This document shows, in pieces, positions 23,671 through 31,928 of a stretch of 32,000 nucleotides of DNA (position 1 is the first letter of the stretch; each line of letters opens with the position of its first letter). Made by a program: the position numbers and the translations under genes. The notes under the pieces are model-generated. The model saw only the letters and a program-made list of their open reading frames with translations. It searched no databases and had not been told where the DNA came from. This DNA comes from an uncultured Chloroflexia bacterium (GTDB taxonomy: Bacteria > Chloroflexota > Anaerolineae > Anaerolineales > Anaerolineaceae). Location: contig OY969938.1 in the NCBI GenBank assembly GCA_963704755.1, forward strand, positions 4,320,001 to 4,352,000, written 5' to 3'.

Positions 23671-26466
23671 CTATAAATTCAGCCAGCGGGCGGCCAGGTT
23701 GGGCAAGTCCTGGATGGACCCGCTGTGTACTTTACACTGCGGGAGCGAATCGAGGAAGGAGCGGCCATAGCGTTTGCTGAGGATGCGCTTGTCGAGCACG
23801 GCCACCACACCGCGGTCGGATTGGGTGCGGATCAGGCGGCCGAAGCCCTGGCGAAAGCGCAAGATCGCCTCGGGCAAGTGGTATTCGTTGAAGGGGTCCT
23901 CGAAAGTCTCGGCGCGGGCGGCGATGATCGGGTCGGAAGGCACGTCGAAAGGCAGCTTGACGATCACCAGGATCGAAAGCGCCTCACCGGGGATGTCCAC
24001 GCCTTCCCAGAAAGCGCGCGTGCCCAGCAGCACGGCTTTGTCGGTCTCGCGGAAGGTTTCCAGCAAGGTGTTGGCCGAAGCGCCTTCGCCCTGTTCGTAC
24101 ACCTGGATGTCCTCTTCCTGCAAGGCGTGGCCGATGTTTTGCGAGGTGCGTTTAAGTTGAGCGTAGGAGGTAAACAAGACCAGCATGCGCCCGCCGGTTC
24201 TTTTGGCCAGGCGAACGATGGCTTGATCGACTGCGCGCTGGTAGGCGTTGGCATCGTTCGGCTCAGGGATATCGCTGGGCAAGAACAGTAAGGTGGAGGT
24301 CTCGTAATCGAAAGGCGAGCCCAGAACCAGTTCGTCGGCTTCGTCAGCGCTCAAACGACTGCGCAGGTAATCGAATTCTCCCTGGGTGGTCAGCGTGGCC
24401 GAGGTCAGGATGATGCTGTTCTTCTCATGCCAGAGAAATTTTTCCATCAACGGGCCAATATTCAACGGGGCAACTTGCAACGCCAGGCGATTGCTGTTCG
24501 GTTGGATTTCGGCCCAATAGATATAACCGGGGTCGGGTTCTGAGACCAGCGAATTCAAGTACACATTGGCTTCGTTGATCCTGCGGTACAGGCTGGCCAG
24601 ATTGCCAAGCGTATCTTCCAGCTCGTCGCTCTTGATTTCGAAGCCTTCGGATATGCTCTTGTGGATATCACCGGTCAGGTTAATGAGCTGCTTCATGGTC
24701 TCGTTGGCCGTATCCCAGGCCATTTCGACCTCGGTCCAGGCCGGCAAGGTGCGGGTGGAGGGCAGAATGCGGACTTGCTGGCCGTATGGGCTGACCGGTT
24801 GGCCATCGCGGGTGATCTCCAGGAAATATTCGATGGTCTGGAGGAAATTTTTAAGTTCGTTTTCCAGGCGGAAGGCCAGGTCGGTAAGCCGCTGGCCGGA
24901 TTGATTGAGGGAGGCAAAATCGGACGGGCGCAGGGCGTCGCGGATCAGGGTCAGCAGCCGGCCGATCATCCCGCTGGAAATACCGCCCAGTTCGTGCAGC
25001 AGGCGGGCCAGGTCGTTTTGGGTAACCTTGAAAGACAGCGCGTTGGTGCTGGCCGATTCGAGGTGGTGGCCTTCGTCAACGACCAGGTAGGCATAATCAG
25101 GGATCACCCGGTTGCCGGTGACCACATCCGAGAGCAGCAAGGCATGGTTGACCACCAGCAGGTGCGCGCTTTGGGCGGCCTGGCGGGTGCGATAGAAGGG
25201 GCAGGCGCCTCCCATCCGCGAGACGCATACCTCAGTCTTACAGCCTTCATCTTCGGCCGAAAGCCGCGCCCAGACCTCTCGCTCGGCCGGGCCGTTCAAG
25301 TTGATCTCGGAGCGGTCGCCCTGGCCGCCTTCGCTCAGCCACACCAGGATTTTGCCCAGGATGCGGGCTTCTTCGGCGGTATTGGCGCCATGCTGGCGCA
25401 GCACTTCCAACCGGCGCGGGCACAGGTAATTGCTGCGGCCTTTCAAAACCGTGGCGCGCAGTTCTAGCCCCAGGGCTTTCCTCAGGTCGGGAATGTCTTT
25501 TTTGATTAACTGCTCTTGCAGGTTGATCGTGTTGGTCGAAATGACCACACGGGTATTGTTTTTCATGGCCCATAAGGCCGCCGGAAGCAAATAGGCGTAT
25601 GATTTGCCGGTGCCGGTGCCCGCCTCGACCAGCAGGTGATAGCCTTCGTTGAAGGCGCGGGTGATGGCCCGCAGCATTTCGACTTGCTGGGAGCGGTATT
25701 CGAAGGATTTGAAATAGTGTGAAAAAGGCCCGCCGTGTTCGAGCAGCGCGGCCACTTCGTCTTCTTCGAGCGGGAGGACTTCTTCGCCCGGGATCAAAGG
25801 CGGCGCCAGGCGTTCACCGTTGGAGAAAAGCGCTCCGTATTCGTTCTGGCGGGCCGAGCGAGCCGGTATGGGCTGCCGGACGCGCGTGCGCATGATCTGG
25901 TTGAAAGCCCAGCCGCCATCCCAATCGACTTTTTCGCCCTGGCGGACGATTTCGGCCAGAATTTCGATGGGCATCTCCAGGGCTTTCTTGAAGAGCTGGT
26001 CATAGACCGCGTGAGCCAGGCGGGCATCGTCCAGGGCGCGGTGCGAGTTGGGGATGAGAATCCCCAGGATCTGACCCAACGAGCCCAGGTTGTAGCGACT
26101 GGCAGTCGGCATGAGCACGGCGGCCAGGTCATAGGTATCGACGGCGTCGTTTAAGGCGAACACGCCTTGTTTTTGAAGAAAGCCCAGGTCGAAGCGGACG
26201 TTGTGCCCGATGATCGGAGCATCACCCACAAAATCGACCAGTTGCTGCAGCACGGCCCGCAGGGGCGGTGCATTGCGGACCATTTCGTTGGAAATGCCGG
26301 TCAGTTGGATGACCAGGTTGGGGATGGATCTGCCCGGATTAATCAGGGTTGACCATTCATCCTCGACACGAGAACCGTTGAATCGCACGGCTCCAATTTC
26401 GATGATCGCATCTTTTTGGGAATCCAGGCCGGTGGTTTCGAGGTCAATGGCAACCATGGAGGGCAT
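23671..26466 (-). CDS. dinG: DinG-family ATP-dependent helicase with an N-terminal DnaQ-like 3'-5' exonuclease domain
   Basis: Exo motifs AIDLETTGL, HNVRFDLGFL and HRALDDARL. Helicase motifs EAGTGTGKS (Walker A) and VVDEGHHL (DEAH box). Cys cluster C-x..CKTEVC..GGACPFY consistent with an Fe-S domain. Confidence 0.9.
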   Translation of the reverse strand: MPSMVAIDLETTGLDSQKDAIIEIGAVRFNGSRVEDEWSTLINPGRSIPNLVIQLTGISNEMVRNAPPLRAVLQQLVDFVGDAPIIGHNVRFDLGFLQKQGVFALNDAVDTYDLAAVLMPTASRYNLGSLGQILGILIPNSHRALDDARLAHAVYDQLFKKALEMPIEILAEIVRQGEKVDWDGGWAFNQIMRTRVRQPIPARSARQNEYGALFSNGERLAPPLIPGEEVLPLEEDEVAALLEHGGPFSHYFKSFEYRSQQVEMLRAITRAFNEGYHLLVEAGTGTGKSYAYLLPAALWAMKNNTRVVISTNTINLQEQLIKKDIPDLRKALGLELRATVLKGRSNYLCPRRLEVLRQHGANTAEEARILGKILVWLSEGGQGDRSEINLNGPAEREVWARLSAEDEGCKTEVCVSRMGGACPFYRTRQAAQSAHLLVVNHALLLSDVVTGNRVIPDYAYLVVDEGHHLESASTNALSFKVTQNDLARLLHELGGISSGMIGRLLTLIRDALRPSDFASLNQSGQRLTDLAFRLENELKNFLQTIEYFLEITRDGQPVSPYGQQVRILPSTRTLPAWTEVEMAWDTANETMKQLINLTGDIHKSISEGFEIKSDELEDTLGNLASLYRRINEANVYLNSLVSEPDPGYIYWAEIQPNSNRLALQVAPLNIGPLMEKFLWHEKNSIILTSATLTTQGEFDYLRSRLSADEADELVLGSPFDYETSTLLFLPSDIPEPNDANAYQRAVDQAIVRLAKRTGGRMLVLFTSYAQLKRTSQNIGHALQEEDIQVYEQGEGASANTLLETFRETDKAVLLGTRAFWEGVDIPGEALSILVIVKLPFDVPSDPIIAARAETFEDPFNEYHLPEAILRFRQGFGRLIRTQSDRGVVAVLDKRILSKRYGRSFLDSLPQCKVHSGSIQDLPNLAARWLNL

Positions 26467-26473
26467 GGTTAGG

Positions 26474-26482
26474 ATTATACCA
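26474..26482 (-). promoter_or_regulatory. Extended -10 element (TGgTATAAT) placed for a leaderless dinG mRNA
   Basis: The minus strand reads tggtataat cctaacc ATG. Only 7 nt separate the -10 hexamer from the dinG ATG, and no SD sequence is present. Confidence 0.4.
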
Positions 26483-26539
26483 GTTGAGTTTCGAATTCAG
26501 CCGGTATTTTCGCGATAAAATATTTCCCGGAGATAAGCC

Positions 26540-27616
26540 ATGTCCTATTCAGAGCAAATTACAACGATTGTCTTCGATTGGGGAGATACCTTAATGGTCA
26601 ACGACCCGGCGCAACGCGGGCCGATGGTGGATTGGCCGCAGGTTTCGGCTGTGGCGGGTGCGCAGGCTGCTTTGGTCCGCCTGAAATCCAATTACCACCT
26701 GATCCTGGCCAGCAATGCCCAGGATTCGAACAAAAACCAGATCCGGGCTGCGTTGGGGCGGGCCGGCCTGGATGAATTTATCGATGAAATCTTTACCATG
26801 CACGAACTGGGCGAGGTCAAGAAACCGGCGTTAGGCTTTTTCCAGGGGATCAATGCCGCCCTGGACTGCCAGCCCTGGCAGACGCTGATGGTCGGCGACG
26901 ATTACGCCAGCGACGTGGCCGGCGCGACCGCGGCCGGTTGGAAAGCCATCTGGCTCAATCCCCAGCGCCGCCCGGCGCCTTTATTGGCCCCTTTGTATAG
27001 TGCGGAAATTGCCGCTATGGCCGAACTGCCAGAGGTGATCGATTCCCACTGGCTGCCGGCCCCGGAGACCTGCCGGAGCTGGTACATCGGCCAAAACGCC
27101 AGCCCCAACCTGATGATCCACGTGAGCATGGTGGCGGCGCTGGCCTATCAAATGGCCTATTGGCTGCGCCAGGCCGGCCAGGCGCTGGACCCGCTGTTGA
27201 CTCACCGGGCCGGCTTGCTGCATGATGTGTGTAAAATCTCGGCCCATGATGGCCCGATCCGCCACCCGGAGGCCGGCGCACGCCTGCTGGAGGGCAATGG
27301 CCTGCCTGTCCTGGCCGAAATCGTCCGGCGGCACGGGCTGTACAGCCTGCTGGATAAAGCCGGCGCCCCGCAGACCTGGGAGCAAAAGCTGGTCTATTAC
27401 GCCGATAAGCTGATCGAGGGCAACCAGGTGGTGCCGATCGAGGTGCGGTTGACCCGCATCCGCGATCGCTACGGCCTGGATCCGCAGACCATCGAGCGGA
27501 TCACGGTTTTGGTTCGCCAGTTGGAAACCGAAATCTGCGCTCCGCTGGGCCTGACCGGAGACGCGCTCAATGAGCGCCTCGGGAAGGCTTTCCTGAACGG
27601 CTTTTATCAAGAATAA
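26540..27616 (+). CDS. HAD-like hydrolase fused to an HD-domain phosphohydrolase
   Basis: N-terminal IVFDWGDTLM (HAD motif I-like), LASNA, MVGDDYASDVAGA (motif IV-like). C-terminal HRAGLLHDVCK and HPEAG (HD domain). Confidence 0.7.
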   Translation: MSYSEQITTIVFDWGDTLMVNDPAQRGPMVDWPQVSAVAGAQAALVRLKSNYHLILASNAQDSNKNQIRAALGRAGLDEFIDEIFTMHELGEVKKPALGFFQGINAALDCQPWQTLMVGDDYASDVAGATAAGWKAIWLNPQRRPAPLLAPLYSAEIAAMAELPEVIDSHWLPAPETCRSWYIGQNASPNLMIHVSMVAALAYQMAYWLRQAGQALDPLLTHRAGLLHDVCKISAHDGPIRHPEAGARLLEGNGLPVLAEIVRRHGLYSLLDKAGAPQTWEQKLVYYADKLIEGNQVVPIEVRLTRIRDRYGLDPQTIERITVLVRQLETEICAPLGLTGDALNERLGKAFLNGFYQE

Positions 27617-27626
27617 GCATCCTGAT

Positions 27627-27670
27627 TGGGGATTGCTTTGGGCGGCTATTGTCGCCCAAAGCAATCCCCA
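27627..27670. terminator. Perfect 18 bp hairpin between convergent genes
   Basis: tggggattgctttgggcg gctattgt cgcccaaagcaatcccca. Confidence 0.65.
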
Positions 27671-27679
27671 GAAAAATAA

Positions 27680-29164
27680 TTATTGGATGGTCTGGTTGTA
27701 ATAGTTGTAAACGGCCCGGGTCAATTGGGCGACCAATTCATTGGCCGGGTTGAACAGCAGTTGGGTGGGGTGGTAAAGGTAGATCACCATGACAAAGTTG
27801 CCGCCTGGCGTATAAACAATCCCGGCATCGTTCAAGGTATGGATCAGGCCATCGCTGGCATCGTTGATCCAGCCATGTTTGTGGGCCAGTTGGGTGCCAT
27901 CCGGCAGCCCGGCTTCCATCAAGACGCCGATTTTGTTATTGGAAAGCAGGGTAATCATCGAGCGGCATTCGTCCTGGGTGATCTGCCCGGGGAATACCGC
28001 AGCAAAAGTCCCGCCGCCGTTAGCGGCGCACTCGTAAATGTCGTCCAGCAACTGGCCGATCTCGACCGGGGTGGTCTGGTTATAGGGGTCCGGTTGGGTG
28101 GTGACGTCCGAGCGCTGGTTGGCCGGGGTGGAGAATTTACGCAGGAGCGGGCTTCCAGGAGCAAAATAGCCGGCCAGGAAGGTATTCTTCAAGCCGAGCT
28201 CCTGGAGATCGTTGGTGACCTCCAACGGTCCCTGGCTGGAATTCATCACCTGGCGCATGAGTTGATCGGCAGGGTCGTTTTCGGAGAGGTCGATCATCGA
28301 CTGGAGCAATGTGGTGACATCATCCGGGGTCGGCTCGTCCGTGCGCTTGAAGGTGGAAATCATGATTGGGATCTTGATCGTACTGGCTGCGGAAAATGCC
28401 ACTCCCGGCGGGATGATGTTGCCGTTATCGTCAGCCAGGTCGATCTCCTGGCCGGTTTGCAAATCCAGCAAGTAGATTTCGGCCAGGCCATCGAAATTGT
28501 TAACCTTGAGAACCTGTTGGAGCATGACTTGCAGGTTCTGGAACGCCGGCCGGTCCGGGTTGATGCGTTGGTAAGTAAGGTTGACCACCCGGTTGACCGG
28601 GTTCTGCATCGCATCCGAGATCATCGTGGCGGCGCGGTCCACGTCCAGCACCGTGCCAGGCAGACCCGGCGAGAAATAGGCCTCACCGGGAACCGGTTCG
28701 GCCGGGGTGGCCACGCGGTCATATCTTGAAGAGATCTCATTCTGGATGAAGGTTTTCAAACGGTCTTCGGAGAGGGAGGCACGCAAAGGAACTTCTGCAG
28801 GAGCCGGAACGGTGTTCCATAGAAAGTCCCAGAATTCTGTCCAGAAGGGCTGCGAGGTGCGCTGCTGGTCGGCTGCGGCGAGCATGGCTTCCAGGTCCAA
28901 TTGAAAGCCGGCGGCCGAAGGCTTGATCTGGATGACAGCGTCACCGTAGTGCACTTCGACGGGCAGGCTGTAGGCCTGGGTCAAACGCTCAGCGGTTTGT
29001 TGGCTATCCAGGCCGGCGACGGGAATCCCTGCGATCAGCGTACCAGGCGTGTAAGATGCCCGCAAGCGACTGTATTGGAGTAATTCGAATACCGTTAATA
29101 AAACCCCCGCGATGATGAACAGGATGGACATCCAACGAACAATGATGATGTTGCCTCGTCTCAA
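27680..29164 (-). CDS. Serine hydrolase, class-A beta-lactamase-like, with an N-terminal TM anchor and an extra N-terminal domain
   Basis: SxxK motif in AASTIKIPIM, a KTG-like HKHGW near the C-terminus, and the N-terminal helix WMSILFIIAGVLLTVF. TTG start with GGAGG 7 nt upstream. Confidence 0.7.
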   Translation of the reverse strand: MRRGNIIIVRWMSILFIIAGVLLTVFELLQYSRLRASYTPGTLIAGIPVAGLDSQQTAERLTQAYSLPVEVHYGDAVIQIKPSAAGFQLDLEAMLAAADQQRTSQPFWTEFWDFLWNTVPAPAEVPLRASLSEDRLKTFIQNEISSRYDRVATPAEPVPGEAYFSPGLPGTVLDVDRAATMISDAMQNPVNRVVNLTYQRINPDRPAFQNLQVMLQQVLKVNNFDGLAEIYLLDLQTGQEIDLADDNGNIIPPGVAFSAASTIKIPIMISTFKRTDEPTPDDVTTLLQSMIDLSENDPADQLMRQVMNSSQGPLEVTNDLQELGLKNTFLAGYFAPGSPLLRKFSTPANQRSDVTTQPDPYNQTTPVEIGQLLDDIYECAANGGGTFAAVFPGQITQDECRSMITLLSNNKIGVLMEAGLPDGTQLAHKHGWINDASDGLIHTLNDAGIVYTPGGNFVMVIYLYHPTQLLFNPANELVAQLTRAVYNYYNQTIQ

Positions 29165-29197
29165 TCTTGCCTCCAGGGATGGATTCTACCAGATATA

Positions 29198-29283
29198 GGG
29201 AAGAGAATTGTAAGAAGAGATTAGAGATTGGTAAGAAGAGCAGAAGAGATTAGTAATCGGTGAACAGAGATTAGGAAAGAAAG
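29198..29283. repeat. Purine-rich degenerate direct repeats upstream of the serine-hydrolase gene
   Basis: AGAGATTA occurs at 29216, 29245 and 29266, and AGAGATTG at 29223. GTAAGAAGAG occurs twice. Confidence 0.45.
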
Positions 29284-29457
29284 TGTGGTTGAGCAGAATT
29301 TGCCGCGGTTAAATCGAGAATATTTAACCAGCTCGAACCACACCAGGGTCGCCAGAAACTGAAAGCTGGGCTATTGGTTGCATTCTTCCGTAAAGGCGAA
29401 GCCGCCGGCGGACCGGTTCCGCGCGTCTTAGCATACCCAGACTTATTTTGTCTGCCA

Positions 29458-29509
29458 AACTTGTCGTTATGACAAGTTTACTTGACAAAGCATTATTTTT
29501 TCTTATAAT
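29458..29509 (+). promoter_or_regulatory. Operator-like palindrome plus sigma70 promoter of the XRE operon
   Basis: aacttgtc gttat gacaagtt (29458-29478), then TTGACA (29482-29487), a 16 nt spacer and TATAAT (29504-29509). Confidence 0.55.
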
Positions 29510-29526
29510 TAATAGTAAGAAAAACC

Positions 29527-29745
29527 ATGACAAAGATGAGACTTGCAAACCGATTGAAAGTAGCCAGGGCAGAAATGAATATTTCACAAGAGGAGCTTGC
29601 CGACCGGGTGGGAGTGAGTCGCCAGACGATTAGTTCGATCGAGACCTACCAATACACCCCGTCAGCGTTGCTGGCATTTCTGATCGCGAAAAAATTGGGA
29701 AAGCCAGTTGAGGACCTTTTCTTTCTAGATGGAGATGAAGAATGA
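29527..29745 (+). CDS. XRE-family (Cro/C1-type) HTH transcriptional regulator
   Basis: NRLKVARAEMNISQEELADRVGVSRQTISSIETYQYTPSALLAFLIAKKLGKPVEDLF. Length is 72 aa. The start may be the second ATG at 29536. Confidence 0.85.
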   Translation: MTKMRLANRLKVARAEMNISQEELADRVGVSRQTISSIETYQYTPSALLAFLIAKKLGKPVEDLFFLDGDEE

Positions 29746-30056
29746 AGCAGCAATCGATTATTCGAGATGAGCGCTTTTACGCGGTTGAAAATGCCAGTTA
29801 CCGGATTGGATATTTGATCCTCACATTTGGAATAATGGCTTTGGTTTTTGTGCGGGCGATCCTTTTTAAGCAAAGCAATTGGGACTTTTTTGCGCTGGCA
29901 TGGGTCTCTAGCCTCGTGGTAACCCTTTACCAGGTGCGTCACAAAATCCTGCCGTACACCAAAAAGACTCTTTTTGGATTGGTCGCCGTTGTCATTCTAG
30001 GAGCGGGTGTGGCCGGAGGAGCAGTGTATTTGTTATGGAATTACCTGATCAAGTAA
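29742..30056 (+). CDS. Small three-helix membrane protein co-transcribed with the XRE regulator
   Basis: ATGA overlap with the XRE stop. Hydrophobic helices IGYLILTFGIMALVFV, FFALAWVSSLVVTL and LFGLVAVVILGAGVAGGAVYLLW. Confidence 0.6.
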   Translation: MKQQSIIRDERFYAVENASYRIGYLILTFGIMALVFVRAILFKQSNWDFFALAWVSSLVVTLYQVRHKILPYTKKTLFGLVAVVILGAGVAGGAVYLLWNYLIK

Positions 30057-30126
30057 GGTGGAAGTATTCGCAGGGTCGAGACGATTATTTGTGACTACGC
30101 TGGCTAATATTAAAGCGTCCCGAAAA

Positions 30127-30176
30127 TGAGGTGTTTTGCGCGGGCTTCGCCCACGTAACACCTCAGTTTTGGTTTC
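30127..30176 (+). terminator. Rho-independent terminator
   Basis: tgaggtgtt ... gcgggcttcgccc ... aacacctca followed by gttttggttt. Confidence 0.65.
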
Positions 30177-30211
30177 AGTGAAAAATCGGCATAATCGAAT
30201 ATACTTAATCT

Positions 30212-30910
30212 ATGGAAGTCGAACGGGTCAGTATCCTGGAAATCCTTCAGAGCAGTTACCTGTTCCAAGGGCTCAGCGACGAGCAACTGGAACGGGTGGT
30301 GGAAAAGTTTGCTGCGTTTCTCTACACCGAAGGCCAAACGATTTTCTCACAAGATGCGGCCTCGGAAAACCTGTACTTCATTCTTAGCGGCAAGGTAACC
30401 CTGGCGCGTAAACGGCACGGGCAGGAAGAAGCGTTTATTCTGGAGGAAAACGATATGTTTGGCCAGGAGGCCATTGCCAGGCGACCTTCTCCGCGGCGGA
30501 TGACGGCCAAAGCCAAAACCGATGTCATTTTACTGCGCCTGACCGGCGAAGACATCCAAATCCTGAAGCGCACTTATCCCGAGCTGGAACGTTCATTCCA
30601 GCGGGCCTTACGCACGTACAATCTGCTGGCCAACCTGGATACGCCCTGGAAGTCGCCCCGCGAAGTTATTCAATTCGTCGACCGGCGGCACTGGCTGTTC
30701 CTGGTGCTCAAGCTGGCGCCATCTGTGCTGGTCAGCCTGGTGGTCGTCCTGGTTATGGCTTACCTGACCGTGGTCGTGTTTGGCGGGGAACGACTGTTTG
30801 TGTATTTGCTGGCCGCCTGTGCCTTGATCGGACTGAGTTGGATTTCATGGGAATGGATTGACTTTTTAATGACTACATCGTGGTCACTAACCGGCGAATC
30901 GCGCTGTTGA
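30212..30910 (+). CDS. Cyclic-nucleotide-binding domain plus 2 TM helices; N-terminal part of a split YdbT-like gene
   Basis: CAP_ED pattern LFQGLSDEQLERVV...GQTIFSQD...LYFILSGKV...FGQEAIA. The frame ends 14 codons after a T5 run at 30863-30867. Confidence 0.7.
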   Translation: MEVERVSILEILQSSYLFQGLSDEQLERVVEKFAAFLYTEGQTIFSQDAASENLYFILSGKVTLARKRHGQEEAFILEENDMFGQEAIARRPSPRRMTAKAKTDVILLRLTGEDIQILKRTYPELERSFQRALRTYNLLANLDTPWKSPREVIQFVDRRHWLFLVLKLAPSVLVSLVVVLVMAYLTVVVFGGERLFVYLLAACALIGLSWISWEWIDFLMTTSWSLTGESRC

Positions 30911-31881
30911 ACAAGGTTTTGCTGTTCTACGACAGCCGCCAGGAAGTACCGATGGACGCCGTGTTATCGGACGACGTGCGCACCTCCCAGTATGGGCGCA
31001 TGGTCGGCTTCGGCAGTATCCACGTACGCACCTACACCGGCGAAATCGTGCTGGCACGGCTGGCCAACCCAACGCTGGTGGTGAATGTGATCAACGAGAT
31101 GCGCACACGGGCTGCCACGACTAAAAATCGCGCTCACCTGCAGGATATCAATAAGCGCATCGATCAAATTATCCATGGAGAAGAAGAGGGTGGAACAACC
31201 TCAACGCCCGGCGAGGCCGAACCGGCGCCGGTGCATGTGACCACCGGGCGGGTGCCCAATCTGCTGAGCAACCTGTTCAAGCTGCGTACCGAGCAGGATG
31301 GGGTGATTACCTATCGTACTCACTGGTATATCCTGGTCAAGAAGACCTGGATGCCCACTTTTTTCAACCTGTTCCTGTTGGTTTACCTGGTGCTGCTGAT
31401 CTTCCAGGTGCTGCCGATCCCGCTAAATTACGGGCTGGCAGTCTTTGTCGTTCTGGCGCCGATATTTTTCCTCTGGTGGCTGTACCGTTATGTGGATTGG
31501 CATAACGATTGCTACATCATCACCCAGGATTCGATTGTGGATGTCTTCCGCCGGCCCTTGGGCATCGAGCAAAAACGCTCCTCACCTATCCGCAATATCC
31601 TCAGCATCGATTTCAAACGCCTGGGGCTGGTGGGCCTGTTCCTGAATTTTGGCACAGTCTATATCCATGTTGGCGAAGAGACCCTTACATTTAATAATGT
31701 CACCCGCCCATCCGAAGTCCAGCAAGAATTGTTCCAGCGGATGACCGAGTTGAAGCTGCGCGATGAGGAACGCGCCCAGCAAAAAATCGACGATCAAATG
31801 ACGGATTGGATCCGAACGTACCACCAACGCTTGCAGGCCGGGCAGTCGCCCATGGATCGAGATGAAGGCCAGGAGATTTAA
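30880..31881 (+). CDS. YdbT-like membrane protein with two bacterial PH (bPH_2) domains; C-terminal part of the same gene (-1 frame)
   Basis: The -1 frame upstream of 30880 reads (F)NDYIVVTNRRIALL, the canonical start of a bPH_2 domain. A second bPH_2 follows at YVDWHNDCYIITQDSIVDV...FGTVYIHVG, after two TM helices. Confidence 0.7.
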   Translation: MVTNRRIALLNKVLLFYDSRQEVPMDAVLSDDVRTSQYGRMVGFGSIHVRTYTGEIVLARLANPTLVVNVINEMRTRAATTKNRAHLQDINKRIDQIIHGEEEGGTTSTPGEAEPAPVHVTTGRVPNLLSNLFKLRTEQDGVITYRTHWYILVKKTWMPTFFNLFLLVYLVLLIFQVLPIPLNYGLAVFVVLAPIFFLWWLYRYVDWHNDCYIITQDSIVDVFRRPLGIEQKRSSPIRNILSIDFKRLGLVGLFLNFGTVYIHVGEETLTFNNVTRPSEVQQELFQRMTELKLRDEERAQQKIDDQMTDWIRTYHQRLQAGQSPMDRDEGQEI

Positions 31882-31928
31882 CGGTAGAATATAGGGGTCC
31901 TTTTTAGTGATTTTGGAGATGTGAGATT

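Noticed and set aside
29198-29283. Possible CRISPR array or other spaced-repeat locus (AGAGATTA repeats).
   Set aside because: The repeat units are only 8 to 10 nt, degenerate and irregularly spaced at 7, 22 and 21 nt. There are no 25-40 nt repeats, no spacers and no cas genes.
29324-29587. An 87 aa minus-strand ORF (hydrophobic N-terminus) overlapping the XRE promoter and start.
   Set aside because: It runs antisense through a strong promoter/operator and the 5' end of a well-supported XRE gene. It has no RBS, and the hydrophobic stretch derives from the AT-rich promoter sequence.
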